Shown: positions 47,723 to 57,053 of the stretch, in pieces
Position numbering within the stretch: position 1 is the stretch's first letter
How the letters are laid out: every line of letters begins with the position of its first letter
Assembly (NCBI GenBank): GCA_964019425.1
Contig: OZ025805.1
Coordinates: forward strand, 62,001 to 126,000
Direction: 5' to 3'
DNA: 64,000 nt
Source of the DNA: Flectonema sp. DT1601
Taxonomy: Eukaryota
Notes under the pieces: model-generated
Told to the model about the DNA's origin: nothing
What the model saw: only the letters and a program-made list of their open reading frames with translations
Databases searched by the model: none
Position numbers and translations under genes: made by a program

Positions 47723-48893
47723 TCGCTTTACATTACTTATATGAACCTGAGAAAGAAGTATATGTTAAGATTGAAGGCAAAGACAAACACCAGAATTGTA
47801 TCCAACAAAAGAAATATCTACACTGTGAAGGGGTGCAGATTACTTCTGCGTAAGGGGTTATGTTTTAAAGTAGTAGTTGGAGGAAGAGGAGTGGGAGCAG
47901 AGTCTGAAAAAGGGAAAAATTAAACTAAAGGAAAGAAACGTTCTTTATCTACCCCAAGGGGATTTCACCGCAGGAGGAGACTTAACCGAGAAAGATATTT
48001 AGAAAGCTTTGATTCTGACCAGTCAGGATTGATCAGTGCATCTACTATAGAAAGGTCGTCTATAACAATATTTAAGTCGGTAGTTTTATATGAAATATCA
48101 ATAACTTCCATAACATGGTTCTTCACATCAGAGCGCAGAAGTGAGAAACTTGTCTTCCTTTCGATCTGCGCGATTAGTTTCTTCCTCACAAAAACACTCC
48201 GAAATGATGAAAATTTCTCCGAAAAAGGAAAACTCCCGCACATCCCTCCTGAGCAAGGAAATCCTTTATGTAAGGAAAAGATAATCAAAAACAAAAACAA
48301 GCAAGAAAAAACTGAAAGAGTAGGAAGATAGAATAGCAGATACCATATCTCGAATAGGGAATGGGGGATCCATTTGTGTCACATTCGTGTGCTTGTTGTG
48401 TTTAATATAAAACTCTCAAAACTACTTTATAAACTGACAATCTGTTATTCTTGTCCTTTCCACGATTCCAGTTTCACAAGTTCACAAAAGTATTATTTTT
48501 TTTTCGTTTAATTTTTCAATTGTTTCTTTCCGCAGAAATAAATATAACAAAAAACAAAACTTTAAAATTTAATTCACCACTTTATCCTGAATGATCAATC
48601 GCTGCATTCACAGACTCCTCAAAGAGAGCGCTATTACTTTCAGGCAGCGGCACAGATTCAAGATCGTTGCATTCACTGAGAAAGAGATCACCAATAGTAG
48701 TGACTCTACTAAGACTTGAAAGGTCAAGAGAAGTGATTTGTGAACAGTGAGGCAAGAAACAATTACCAATATTTGTGACACTACTAAAACCAGAAAAGTC
48801 AAGAGAAGTGATTTGTTCACAGTAAAATAAGAAATAATAGTGGTGACACTACTAAGACTTGAAAGGTCAAGAATAGGAATTCGTGAACAGTCA

Positions 48894-49591
48894 AAAAAAA
48901 TTAACCAGTGTTTAGGGTTTTGAATCCCATGGATCCCGTCGCTCAGGCGGTCCGGTGGAGAACCGGGTAGGGCACTGTGAACGAGTTGCGGTCCAGGTGG
49001 CGTCGGAAGGCCACCGCACCAACAGATTTGTTTCTTCGCACAACAGTAGCTTGGAGACCGTAAGAGACCCAAGGTGGTTCACAACCGCTCGAACAACTGC
49101 GTGTGAAGGAACAAGATTGAAAAGAAAAGAATATAAGAAAAGAAATGCCACACACAAAAAACGACGTAGTAAAGCAGAGAGGTAGGGGGAGGGATGGCCT
49201 CTTTCTCCACACATTGCATGGGAGCTCCCCGAGTAACTCAAGGGGCTGATACTGTTAATACATTTCAGGCGACCTGAACTTATAATCCCCCCATGCGTGA
49301 AAAGACTAAACGGGGGAAGTTTGAAGGAAATGGGGGTAAAGGGAAATCATGCCACTAAGGAAAAAATAAAAACCCGGTGGCCCCTGTGAGCTCTGGGTGC
49401 CTGAGTATCCCGGGCCGGATCACCTGACCTTCTGCTATGTTGTCCTTTTTTTTTAAAGGTTAGGCTACCGGAAAATAAAACGGGGGTAAAAGAATACACA
49501 GCAACAACAACAATACGTCAGCACTCTAGTTACACACAAGGTGCATCCAGGTAACACCACGAGGAGGCGCGCTATCCGAGTTTCGTTACCC
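48894..49591 (-). mobile_element. Non-autonomous ~698-bp retroposon X, copy 2
   Basis: About 99% identical to 52879-53573. Flanked by TGACTGTTCACAAATTACTA (49592-49611) and a 2-mismatch copy (48874-48893); 3' T-tract. Confidence 0.9.
49520..49591 (-). ncRNA. HDV-like self-cleaving ribozyme (5' end of X copy 2)
   Basis: Manual fold identical to 53502-53573. Confidence 0.8.
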
Positions 49592-49911
49592 TAGTAATTT
49601 GTGAACAGTCAGACAAGAAATCATCACCAATAGTGGTGATACTACTAAGACTTGAATGGTCAAGAGAAGTGATTTGTTCATAGAAATATAAAAAGAAATT
49701 CTCAATAGTGGTGACACTACTAAGACCTGAAAGGTCAAGAATAGTAATTTGTAAACAGTTAGACAAGAAACCATCACCAATAGTGGTGACACTACTAAGA
49801 CATGAAAGGTCAAGAATTGTAATTTTTGAACAGTAAGACAAGAAATAATTCCCAATAGTTGTGACACTACTAAGACCTGAAAGGTCAAGAATAGTAATTT
49901 GTAAACAGTTA

Positions 49912-52708
49912 TATGTACCATTTTGAGTGCTGTCATTCAGGCTTGCTAGCACGGTGAGATGACGAGGCACTGGTTCGGCCAACCTAAGTTAACCCCTTGT
50001 CCTGTGGTTCCCTTTCCGGGGTTTCCTCTGCTTTCGGTTTCATTTGTTTGGTGAAACCTAATTTTAGAAGCGATGTGCTGGTTTGCATATCATGCTTCGT
50101 CGGCTGCTTCGCCCTCCTCGTCAACGTCCTTATAATTGGCCCGTGATGCTTTTTGTTGCAGCATTTCGTGGCAGTCCGTTGTTCCGGATCCGGATTCCGC
50201 TTGCAGTCGTTGCAGGGAGCCATCTCGTGGTGACGGCATCGGTGGTGGCTGTTTCTGCAACATTGCTCAGATCCTCTGCCGATCACTATGCAGACTGCAC
50301 ATGGAGTAAGCTTGTGCTTGCTGCAAAAGTCCCATATCGGTATTTGTCCATCTTCATCCCCCAGAGTGTGATGGTTGTGGCAGCACTGGTAGATGGTGTT
50401 TCCGGCCCGTCGACAACTATTGCATTTCTTCTTGAAGTGTCCGTAGCACGTCGAGTTCATCGTTCCTTGTCCCTCCGCGATGCCCGGTCTCTTGACGACC
50501 TCGGGTGGCGGGCGTGTCGGTCCTCGCTCGCAGAGCTCCCTCCTCAGCTGTACGTCTTTTTCCTTTGATGGGAAAAGTCGTGCCGCGGTTATCCATTTCT
50601 CCGCTCTCCCTTCCCTCTCGCTCGAGTGCCTGCACTCAGTCTCGAAGCCGAATCTGATTTTGTCAGCTTTTCCGTCGTTCGCCTCCTGGACCGTCCTCCG
50701 AATTGTGTCTACTGTTTCGTCTCCCATCAGAAAAGCTGGTCGTTTCTTCAAACCTTTCAGTACCGGGGCTCCTAGTGGACGTAAGGCTTTGTTGCTTCCT
50801 ACGCAGTAGTCGGGAAAGGTTCTTTGTTCCTCGCCTTCTAAATGCTTGTGAACCAAGTTCAATCTTAGCATCAGTCCACACATGACGTCAGCTTTTTTCC
50901 CGGCGGCTCTGTCTTTGGTGCACTTCGCTACGTGGCCTTCGTGGACTGTGGTCGGTATGTCAACCCCCGCATACGCTTCGAAGTCGATCGCTAATTCCAG
51001 GAAGGTGACTCCGACTCCGTCTGGCTGTCGAGGCCACTTCAGTTCCCTCAGGTAGCTCGCAAGCGCTAAGTACAAGGTCAATCCAAGGGCTTCGGGCCAT
51101 TGGGTGTATACTGGCATGTACTTTTCCAGTTTGTTGTTGTATCTCATAACTACTTCCGGTTCCTTGTTCCCAGCGTATTCCACAACCATCAGCCGTCTCT
51201 CCTCCAGTTGTTGGTAGTCGTCCCTGCGGAGCCTGATCCGTGCGAACATTCGTTGTAGGTCTCCAGTGAGCCCCGCCGGCAGTTCCACATTGTCGGGCTT
51301 GATGCCGAGTAGCCTCAGGCAATTGGGCCAATCGCATCGAACTTGTAGCATCACTTGCGGGTATTCCTGTCGGATTGTGTCATAAGCTCTGCAATCCCAG
51401 TTCACGTGCTCGAGGGTCTCCGTCCTCTCTACGTCGTCAACCTCCTCGCAGTGCGCGCAGTTCTTGTTTCCCGCCTTCATCGAGCCAGTGTACACGTTGT
51501 CCAGGAGGCAGTGCTTCACTACTCCGCGCAGGTAGGGGTCGCCCTTTCCTTCCTTCAGGACCTTCAGGGTCTCTTTCCGGTCGATGCCCGCTTCAATACC
51601 TCTCAGGTTTACCCGTCTCGTTTCCGCAATTGTTTTGTTCCAGGTGAAACGCCTGCACGCCTCTCTGACATCGTGCCGCCAGCGCCCCGCATCCAGCCGT
51701 CCGTGTTCGGTCGTCCCTCCCGGACCTTCGAAGACCGAGAAAGTTGACCATTCCCATCCAAGTTCCTTCAGAGTACTCAGGGCGAGGCCGACTGGTCCTC
51801 TCGTCGCTTCAGTGTGCTCTTGCAGGTGTTCCCATACCCTGCGTATCCTCTCAGTTAGCTTCGGTAGCATTCTGGTGAGTGCAAGGAGTCTGTTGTACCT
51901 AATGTACGTCGCGGGATCCACACAATGTCCCTTGCAGAGTAGCGTTAGGCCCATGGTGTGCGACATCTTAGTTCTTTTCCCTCCAAGTTTGCGGAAAATC
52001 CCCGTTGCCCTTGCTCTTCTCAGCAGTCCGAGTCGCGTCGCATCGGGATCGTACAGTGCCGTTCCGAAGAGCGCCTTGGGCATGACACTAGCTGCAGCTA
52101 TCTGTTCCTTCGCTTGATATCTGAGCGGAAGTAACCGGATTCGCCTCGCTCTATCGAGCACTTCTTCTGTGATCCTCCCCATCTGCTTGGTGGTTCCTTT
52201 CATACTGAGGTGGCATCCCACGATATCGACACTGTCATCGAAGTCCAGTGTTGTGTCCCCCATTGTGATGTTGGTCTGGCCCTGGTCTCTGTTCGAGAAC
52301 CACTTGCACTTCTGAGGCGCGAGTTCTTGTCCGGTCAGGGTGCAGAACTCCGCAACGACTTCTACGCCTTCTTGTAGCTTCGTTCGTGATCCAAACAACG
52401 TCAGGTCGTCCGCATACGATCCGGGCGTCACATCGGCTTCCTTCTCGATTGCTTTGCTGAGTATCGAGCTCAGCGCATTGAAGAGCACCACGCTGAGCGG
52501 GCATCCTTGCAGTATTCCGTTGGTGGTGGCAAATTCTTCTCCGACGCCACTCGGGAACTTGAATCTCCTTCTGAGTCGCCGGTAGACATCCGTCACAGTT
52601 CTCAGGATCTTATCACCGAGGCCCAATTCCTTCACTAATTTCAGGAGGATGTCGTGCGGAATCAGGTCGAAACACTTCCTGAAGTCCGTGGTCACTCCTG
52701 CAATCTCT
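49912..52708 (-). mobile_element. 5'-truncated non-LTR retrotransposon C inserted at the LRR target motif
   Basis: GC-rich block. 5' flank TGACTGTTCACAAATTACTA (52709-52728), 3' flank TAACTGTTTACAAATTACTA (49892-49911); short structured 3' UTR with no poly(A). Confidence 0.88.
49984..52707 (-). CDS. Retrotransposon C ORF: RT, CCHC knuckle, 'FLELAIDF' region, triple Cys/His repeat
   Basis: TDFRKCFDLIPH, NGILQGCPLS, SYADD, IVGCHL; CAHC..ETLEHVNWDC; C-terminal CxxH-x4-CxxC..CC..HH x3. Confidence 0.9.
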   Translation of the reverse strand, partial: EIAGVTTDFRKCFDLIPHDILLKLVKELGLGDKILRTVTDVYRRLRRRFKFPSGVGEEFATTNGILQGCPLSVVLFNALSSILSKAIEKEADVTPGSYADDLTLFGSRTKLQEGVEVVAEFCTLTGQELAPQKCKWFSNRDQGQTNITMGDTTLDFDDSVDIVGCHLSMKGTTKQMGRITEEVLDRARRIRLLPLRYQAKEQIAAASVMPKALFGTALYDPDATRLGLLRRARATGIFRKLGGKRTKMSHTMGLTLLCKGHCVDPATYIRYNRLLALTRMLPKLTERIRRVWEHLQEHTEATRGPVGLALSTLKELGWEWSTFSVFEGPGGTTEHGRLDAGRWRHDVREACRRFTWNKTIAETRRVNLRGIEAGIDRKETLKVLKEGKGDPYLRGVVKHCLLDNVYTGSMKAGNKNCAHCEEVDDVERTETLEHVNWDCRAYDTIRQEYPQVMLQVRCDWPNCLRLLGIKPDNVELPAGLTGDLQRMFARIRLRRDDYQQLEERRLMVVEYAGNKEPEVVMRYNNKLEKYMPVYTQWPEALGLTLYLALASYLRELKWPRQPDGVGVTFLELAIDFEAYAGVDIPTTVHEGHVAKCTKDRAAGKKADVMCGLMLRLNLVHKHLEGEEQRTFPDYCVGSNKALRPLGAPVLKGLKKRPAFLMGDETVDTIRRTVQEANDGKADKIRFGFETECRHSSEREGRAEKWITAARLFPSKEKDVQLRRELCERGPTRPPPEVVKRPGIAEGQGTMNSTCYGHFKKKCNSCRRAGNTIYQCCHNHHTLGDEDGQIPIWDFCSKHKLTPCAVCIVIGRGSEQCCRNSHHRCRHHEMAPCNDCKRNPDPEQRTATKCCNKKHHGPIIRTLTRRAKQPTKHDMQTSTSLLKLGFTKQMKPKAEETPEREPQDKGLT

Positions 52709-52878
52709 TAGTAATTTGTGAACAGTCAGACAAGAAATCATCACCAATAGTGGTGACACTACTAAGACCTGAAAAGTCAAGAGAAGTGATTTTTTCACAG
52801 GATAACAGGAAATAATACCCAATAGTGGTGACGCTACTAAGACTTGAAAGGTCAAGAATAGTAATTTGTGAACAGTCA

Positions 52879-53573
52879 AAATTAACCAGTGTTTAGGGTT
52901 TTGAATCCCATGGATCCCGTCGCTCAGGCGGTCCGATGGAGAACCGGGTAGGGCACTGTGAACGAGTTGCGGTCCAGGTGGCGTCGGAAGGCCACCGCAC
53001 CAACAGATTTGTTTCTTCGCACAACAGTAGCTTGGAGACCGTAAGAGACCCAAGGTGGTTCACAACCGCTCGAACAACCGCGTGTGAAGGAACAAGATTG
53101 AAAAGAAAAGAATATAAGAAAAGAAATGCCACACACAAAAAACGACGTAGTAAAGCAGAGAGGTAGGGGGAGGGATGGCCTCTTTCTCCACACATTGCAT
53201 GGGAGCTCCCCGAGTAACTCGCGGGGCTGATACTGTTAATACATTTCAGGCGACCTGAACTTATAATCCCCCCATGCGTGAAAAGACTAAACGGGGGAAG
53301 TTTGAAGGAAATGGGGGTAAAGGGAAATCATGCCACTAAGGAAAAAATAAAAACCCGGTGGCCCCTGTGAGCTCTGGGTGCCTGAGTATCCCGGGCCGGA
53401 TCACCTGACCTTCTGCTATGTTGTCCTTTTTTTTTTAAAGGTTAGGCTACCGGAAAATAAAACGGGGGTAAAAGAATACACAGCAACAACAACAATACGT
53501 CAGCACTCTAGTTACACACAAGGTGCATCCAGGTAACACCACGAGGAGGCGCGCTATCCGAGTTTCGTTACCC
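52879..53573 (-). mobile_element. Non-autonomous 695-bp retroposon X, copy 1
   Basis: Perfect 20-bp TSD TGACTGTTCACAAATTACTA (plus-strand 53574-53593 and 52859-52878); no credible ORF. Confidence 0.92.
53502..53573 (-). ncRNA. HDV-like self-cleaving ribozyme (5' end of X copy 1)
   Basis: P1 GGGUAAC/GUUACCU (G1-U wobble), P2 AGCGC/GUGCU, P3 GCC/GGU, L3 UCCUCGU, P1.1 CC/GG, P4 AUGCAC/GUGUGU, J4/2 AAC-UAGA containing the putative catalytic C. Confidence 0.82.
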
Positions 53574-54476
53574 TAGTAATTTGTGAACAGTCAGACAAGA
53601 AATCATCACCAATAGTGGTGACACTACTAAGACCTGAAAAGTCAAGAGAAGTGATTTGTGAACAGTAATGCAAGAAATAATTCCCAATAGTGGTGACACT
53701 ACTAAGACTTGAAAGGTCTAGAGAAGTGATTTGTTTACAGCTTGACAAGAAATTATCACCAATAGTGGTGACACTACTAAGACCTGGAAGGTCAAGAATA
53801 GTAATTTGTGAACAACGAGACAAGAATCTATCTCCAATAGTAGTAACTAGTGAGATGTCTGTGTTGTTGGGATTTGAATTGCGGAAAGCAATCTGTTTGG
53901 CATCTGAAGGAAGCAGCTCACCGTCAACAGTGAGGCAACCATCTGCTGTGAATGTCGGAATGTCCAGATATAAGTACTCCGTAATGTGGTCTCTCATCCA
54001 AAGAAGCAGCTTCTCCCGTTTTGCATCATCAACAAACCAGCTTTTACCGAATATCCTGAACTACTTCTTCCACATTTCAAACTCGCTGTTTGCAACCACT
54101 CCATGATCTGCCAGCCGATCAGTTTCGCAAAGGGTATCACCAGCAAACGAGAGTTCAACTTCATCCGGATCGACATCCCACTCCTCAGCCGCCACCGTCA
54201 ACACGTCGATCACAACTGAATCAGTACCAGCCGTCACTGTCACTGCGGGGAGTCCCCAATCCGGACACGTCACAAAAACTTGCATTGTTGGTTTTTTTTT
54301 ATAATATATTTGCTGTGTTAATGGGGGAATGCCTGAAAACCAAAAAAGAGATTAGAAAAAAAAAATTGAACTCCAATAAGAAATATTCAAAAAAATACAT
54401 TGTTTTTTGTATAATATGAACAATGAAAAAAAAAAGGAAAACTCTCGTCTATTTAAAAATAAATCGTAAATCACAT

Positions 54477-57053
54477 TTAAGATTCTTCGTTGAGTGTTAG
54501 CGGCTCACCAAAATTTATATCTGAAGCTGCCTCAACTGACAGAGAGAGAGTTCCAGAGTGAAACTTTGGTACGATTGTGCAATTACCGTGATGAGTGTAT
54601 TTGATTAGACCAAGGACATTACAGCAAGAAGAAACATCGATAGTATAGGGAACACTTGGAAATGGAAATGAGTCGGGCGTTGAATCAGACAAGTGAGTAG
54701 TGATGCCTTGGATCATTCCAATGACATCACCGCATTTCAAATTACGTGAAGACTTTATACTATTGTCGTTTGGATCAAAAATCAATTTCTCGTTGTTTTC
54801 GTCATTGCTAACAGATTCAGGCCTCAATTTCAACCAAACGTCAACAATAAAATCATACCCGTGGATAGTCGACTTTATAAGTTCTCGTCCAGTAATTTCT
54901 TTAAATTTTAAAACAGAAATATCACCAACAGAAGTCAACACCGCTTCAGTTTCTAAATTCTTAATCATAAGCCTTGCAATGTTTCTACTTTCAATACCAA
55001 AACGGGCATCACTGTGCGTCATAATATTTCTTTTTTCAACAGAAGAAAACAGATTGACTGTCCTGACAACTTCATCACCACCGGACATATCGAGACTCGC
55101 ATCGATGACGATATTAGGTTTTAGTAGAGAGTATAAATGCATTGGCGATAATCCAAAAATTGGATCTAAAATTTTCCAAAAACGAGGTTCATGTCCGCAA
55201 CACGAGATCTCACAACCGTCATTGAAGACAACAGCCTTGTGAAGAGGAGAGAGTGATGACGATACTGTCGTCGTTAGCTTTCCCTTTTTTGACAGTACTC
55301 TTTCATACCATAAATCCATTTTTTCAACTTCGTGACAAAGCGTGAATTTTTCCTTTCCAGTGACCAAAAATTCAAAAGCAAAAACACTCCTCTTGCTCAC
55401 ACTATATTCGACACACAACGACGAATACTTTTCTTTTTTTGTTTCCCCGACAGGTTCGGCGTTTGTTAAGTTGCACAATACCTTCGGCCAAGAACTACAG
55501 TCCTTCAAGCTGGATACAATCTGGGAATCTCTATCAGATTGTAAAAGGTGTAGTTCGATCCATATACCAAGTTGGATTGGAGAAGATTCATCAACGTCAT
55601 GACCAGATTTAATAAAAAGTTCGACCTTTGATTGGATATCTGTAGTTCTCTTCGGTAACATTCCGTTGCTGAAAACTATATTTTCAACTTCTCCAACAGT
55701 AGAACAGCTTCTCTCTAAGTCCAATCCTATTCCAAGAGAGTAGTCGTTGCGTTTCACAACAATTGGATGATTCCCAACTATCGAAAAAGCACTAATTTTA
55801 GTACAAACTTTGTGAGGTATAGATAAATAGTTTGTTTTTAACAAACGATTCGCAGCATCGTTTATCGTTTCAATGACGCCTTCTTCACTTGCGATTACCC
55901 CAATGAGTTCGTGAATGACAACTTCTGCCAGAGTATTTTCCGGTAGAGACACGTCTGTTGATAACCCTGGTAGGATTGTAATACGACTTTGTTCTTCATT
56001 TGATAATTCTGTTTTTATATATTTCATAGCCGATTCAACTGCTTGTCGATCTGCTTCAACAGCATACACATGTAAAGCTCCAGCCTTCACTGCCATTATC
56101 GACAACAGCGCAAAAGGACCAGTTCCTATTTCCAAGCAAATCTTATTTTTACACACGGATTTAATCGCCCTTTCATAACCAAGAGTCCTATCACGATCAT
56201 CCCTCATTCTCTCATAACTTTGAATTGAAAAAGCTGGGGTATCCTTATCGTCATATACCGATAGAATATTATCACTATCGGGAATTGAACTTGAAGGTTT
56301 TTGTGAATGCATTAGACTTGTTAATACTCTGCTGAGGTAGATGTTGGTGGAACACGTCCAGGATAGGACCGTATACCAACGTCTTAAAACCGATTGGGTC
56401 GATGAATTTGTTTGCAATTGTAAACATGAGCAAGGAACAGATGTGAAGAACTGTTTTGGAGGAGTGGTTCCAAACAAGCTTTCAAATGAATTTTTCTTAC
56501 TCATCAACGTAGCCGATTCCGATAAAACACAACTGATACACGCAAATAACTTGTTGGGATCACACGGAAGCAGAACGTTGTTTTCTATTAAAAAAACGGA
56601 TTCCTCAATTACAATAATTAACAACACGACTCTATAAGTGTACGACAATCCTTGCAAACAGAAATACATAAATATTGGAGTCGTGGGAGTTGAAAATAAA
56701 TTCTCTCTCAGACTTGAAATTATTTTTATATTTGTGCTACGCTTTGCGTTGATTACATCTCTTGAAGACATTCCTGGTCTGGAAAGAGCAGATGCTGCTA
56801 TTCCTCGAGTGACTCTTGAGGTCAATTCACTTCCACCAAATAAATAACAAATAACTCCTTCAGTAGTGTCCAGGTATGGGATGTTGTCATTGATTTCCTT
56901 CGAAACATAATCACGATAGCCTCTTACTATGTCGAATATGGTAAGAGCTTCCTCGTTGTTATCAGATTTTGGAGGTGGTGCGCAATACAACATTCCAACT
57001 CTCGAGTAGTACGCAACTGGAGGTGTTCCAACATATATGTTGATCACACTCAT
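54477..57053 (-). CDS. PRMT-like SAM-dependent methyltransferase with C-terminal SET-like domain
   Basis: MRDDRDRTLGYERAI..CLEIGTGPFALLSIMAVKAGALHVYAVEAD, VIHELIG..EEG; C-terminal SSRNLKCGDVIG..YTIDVS..GNC..AASDINFGEPLT. Confidence 0.8.
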   Translation of the reverse strand: MSVINIYVGTPPVAYYSRVGMLYCAPPPKSDNNEEALTIFDIVRGYRDYVSKEINDNIPYLDTTEGVICYLFGGSELTSRVTRGIAASALSRPGMSSRDVINAKRSTNIKIISSLRENLFSTPTTPIFMYFCLQGLSYTYRVVLLIIVIEESVFLIENNVLLPCDPNKLFACISCVLSESATLMSKKNSFESLFGTTPPKQFFTSVPCSCLQLQTNSSTQSVLRRWYTVLSWTCSTNIYLSRVLTSLMHSQKPSSSIPDSDNILSVYDDKDTPAFSIQSYERMRDDRDRTLGYERAIKSVCKNKICLEIGTGPFALLSIMAVKAGALHVYAVEADRQAVESAMKYIKTELSNEEQSRITILPGLSTDVSLPENTLAEVVIHELIGVIASEEGVIETINDAANRLLKTNYLSIPHKVCTKISAFSIVGNHPIVVKRNDYSLGIGLDLERSCSTVGEVENIVFSNGMLPKRTTDIQSKVELFIKSGHDVDESSPIQLGIWIELHLLQSDRDSQIVSSLKDCSSWPKVLCNLTNAEPVGETKKEKYSSLCVEYSVSKRSVFAFEFLVTGKEKFTLCHEVEKMDLWYERVLSKKGKLTTTVSSSLSPLHKAVVFNDGCEISCCGHEPRFWKILDPIFGLSPMHLYSLLKPNIVIDASLDMSGGDEVVRTVNLFSSVEKRNIMTHSDARFGIESRNIARLMIKNLETEAVLTSVGDISVLKFKEITGRELIKSTIHGYDFIVDVWLKLRPESVSNDENNEKLIFDPNDNSIKSSRNLKCGDVIGMIQGITTHLSDSTPDSFPFPSVPYTIDVSSCCNVLGLIKYTHHGNCTIVPKFHSGTLSLSVEAASDINFGEPLTLNEES

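Larger units (their letters stand above)
48582..54285 (-). pseudogene. Ubiquitin-like + BspA-type LRR gene interrupted by three insertions
   Basis: Segments 54285-53574, 52878-52709, 49911-49592, 48893-48582 give Ubl (MQVFVT..ELSFAGDTLCETDRLADHGV) followed by TTIGxxFLxxCxQITxLDLSxLSSV repeats and the same C-terminus (AAIDHSG*) as the 46695 copy. In-frame TAG at 54061-54063 and a later frameshift. Confidence 0.88.

Noticed and set aside
47965..48300. 111-aa minus-strand ORF
   Set aside because: No convincing start or recognisable motif; may be a gene relic but cannot be supported.
48911..48917. TTTAGGG telomere-like heptamer near the 3' end of X
   Set aside because: Single unit only, expected by chance.
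48912..49241. Short ORFs within element X (also 52893-53195)
   Set aside because: Non-ATG or overlapping low-complexity frames without motifs; X is better explained as non-coding RNA.
46695..53850. 75-bp periodic repeats as a CRISPR-like array or a DGR template/variable repeat next to an RT
   Set aside because: The repeats are in-frame LRR codons without unique spacers, differences are not adenine-specific, and the RT is of LINE type.
54061..54063. In-frame TAG where the paralogue has CAG, suggesting stop-codon reassignment
   Set aside because: RPB5, CAPZB and EamA end normally at TAG, and the gene is otherwise disrupted; simple pseudogenisation explains it.
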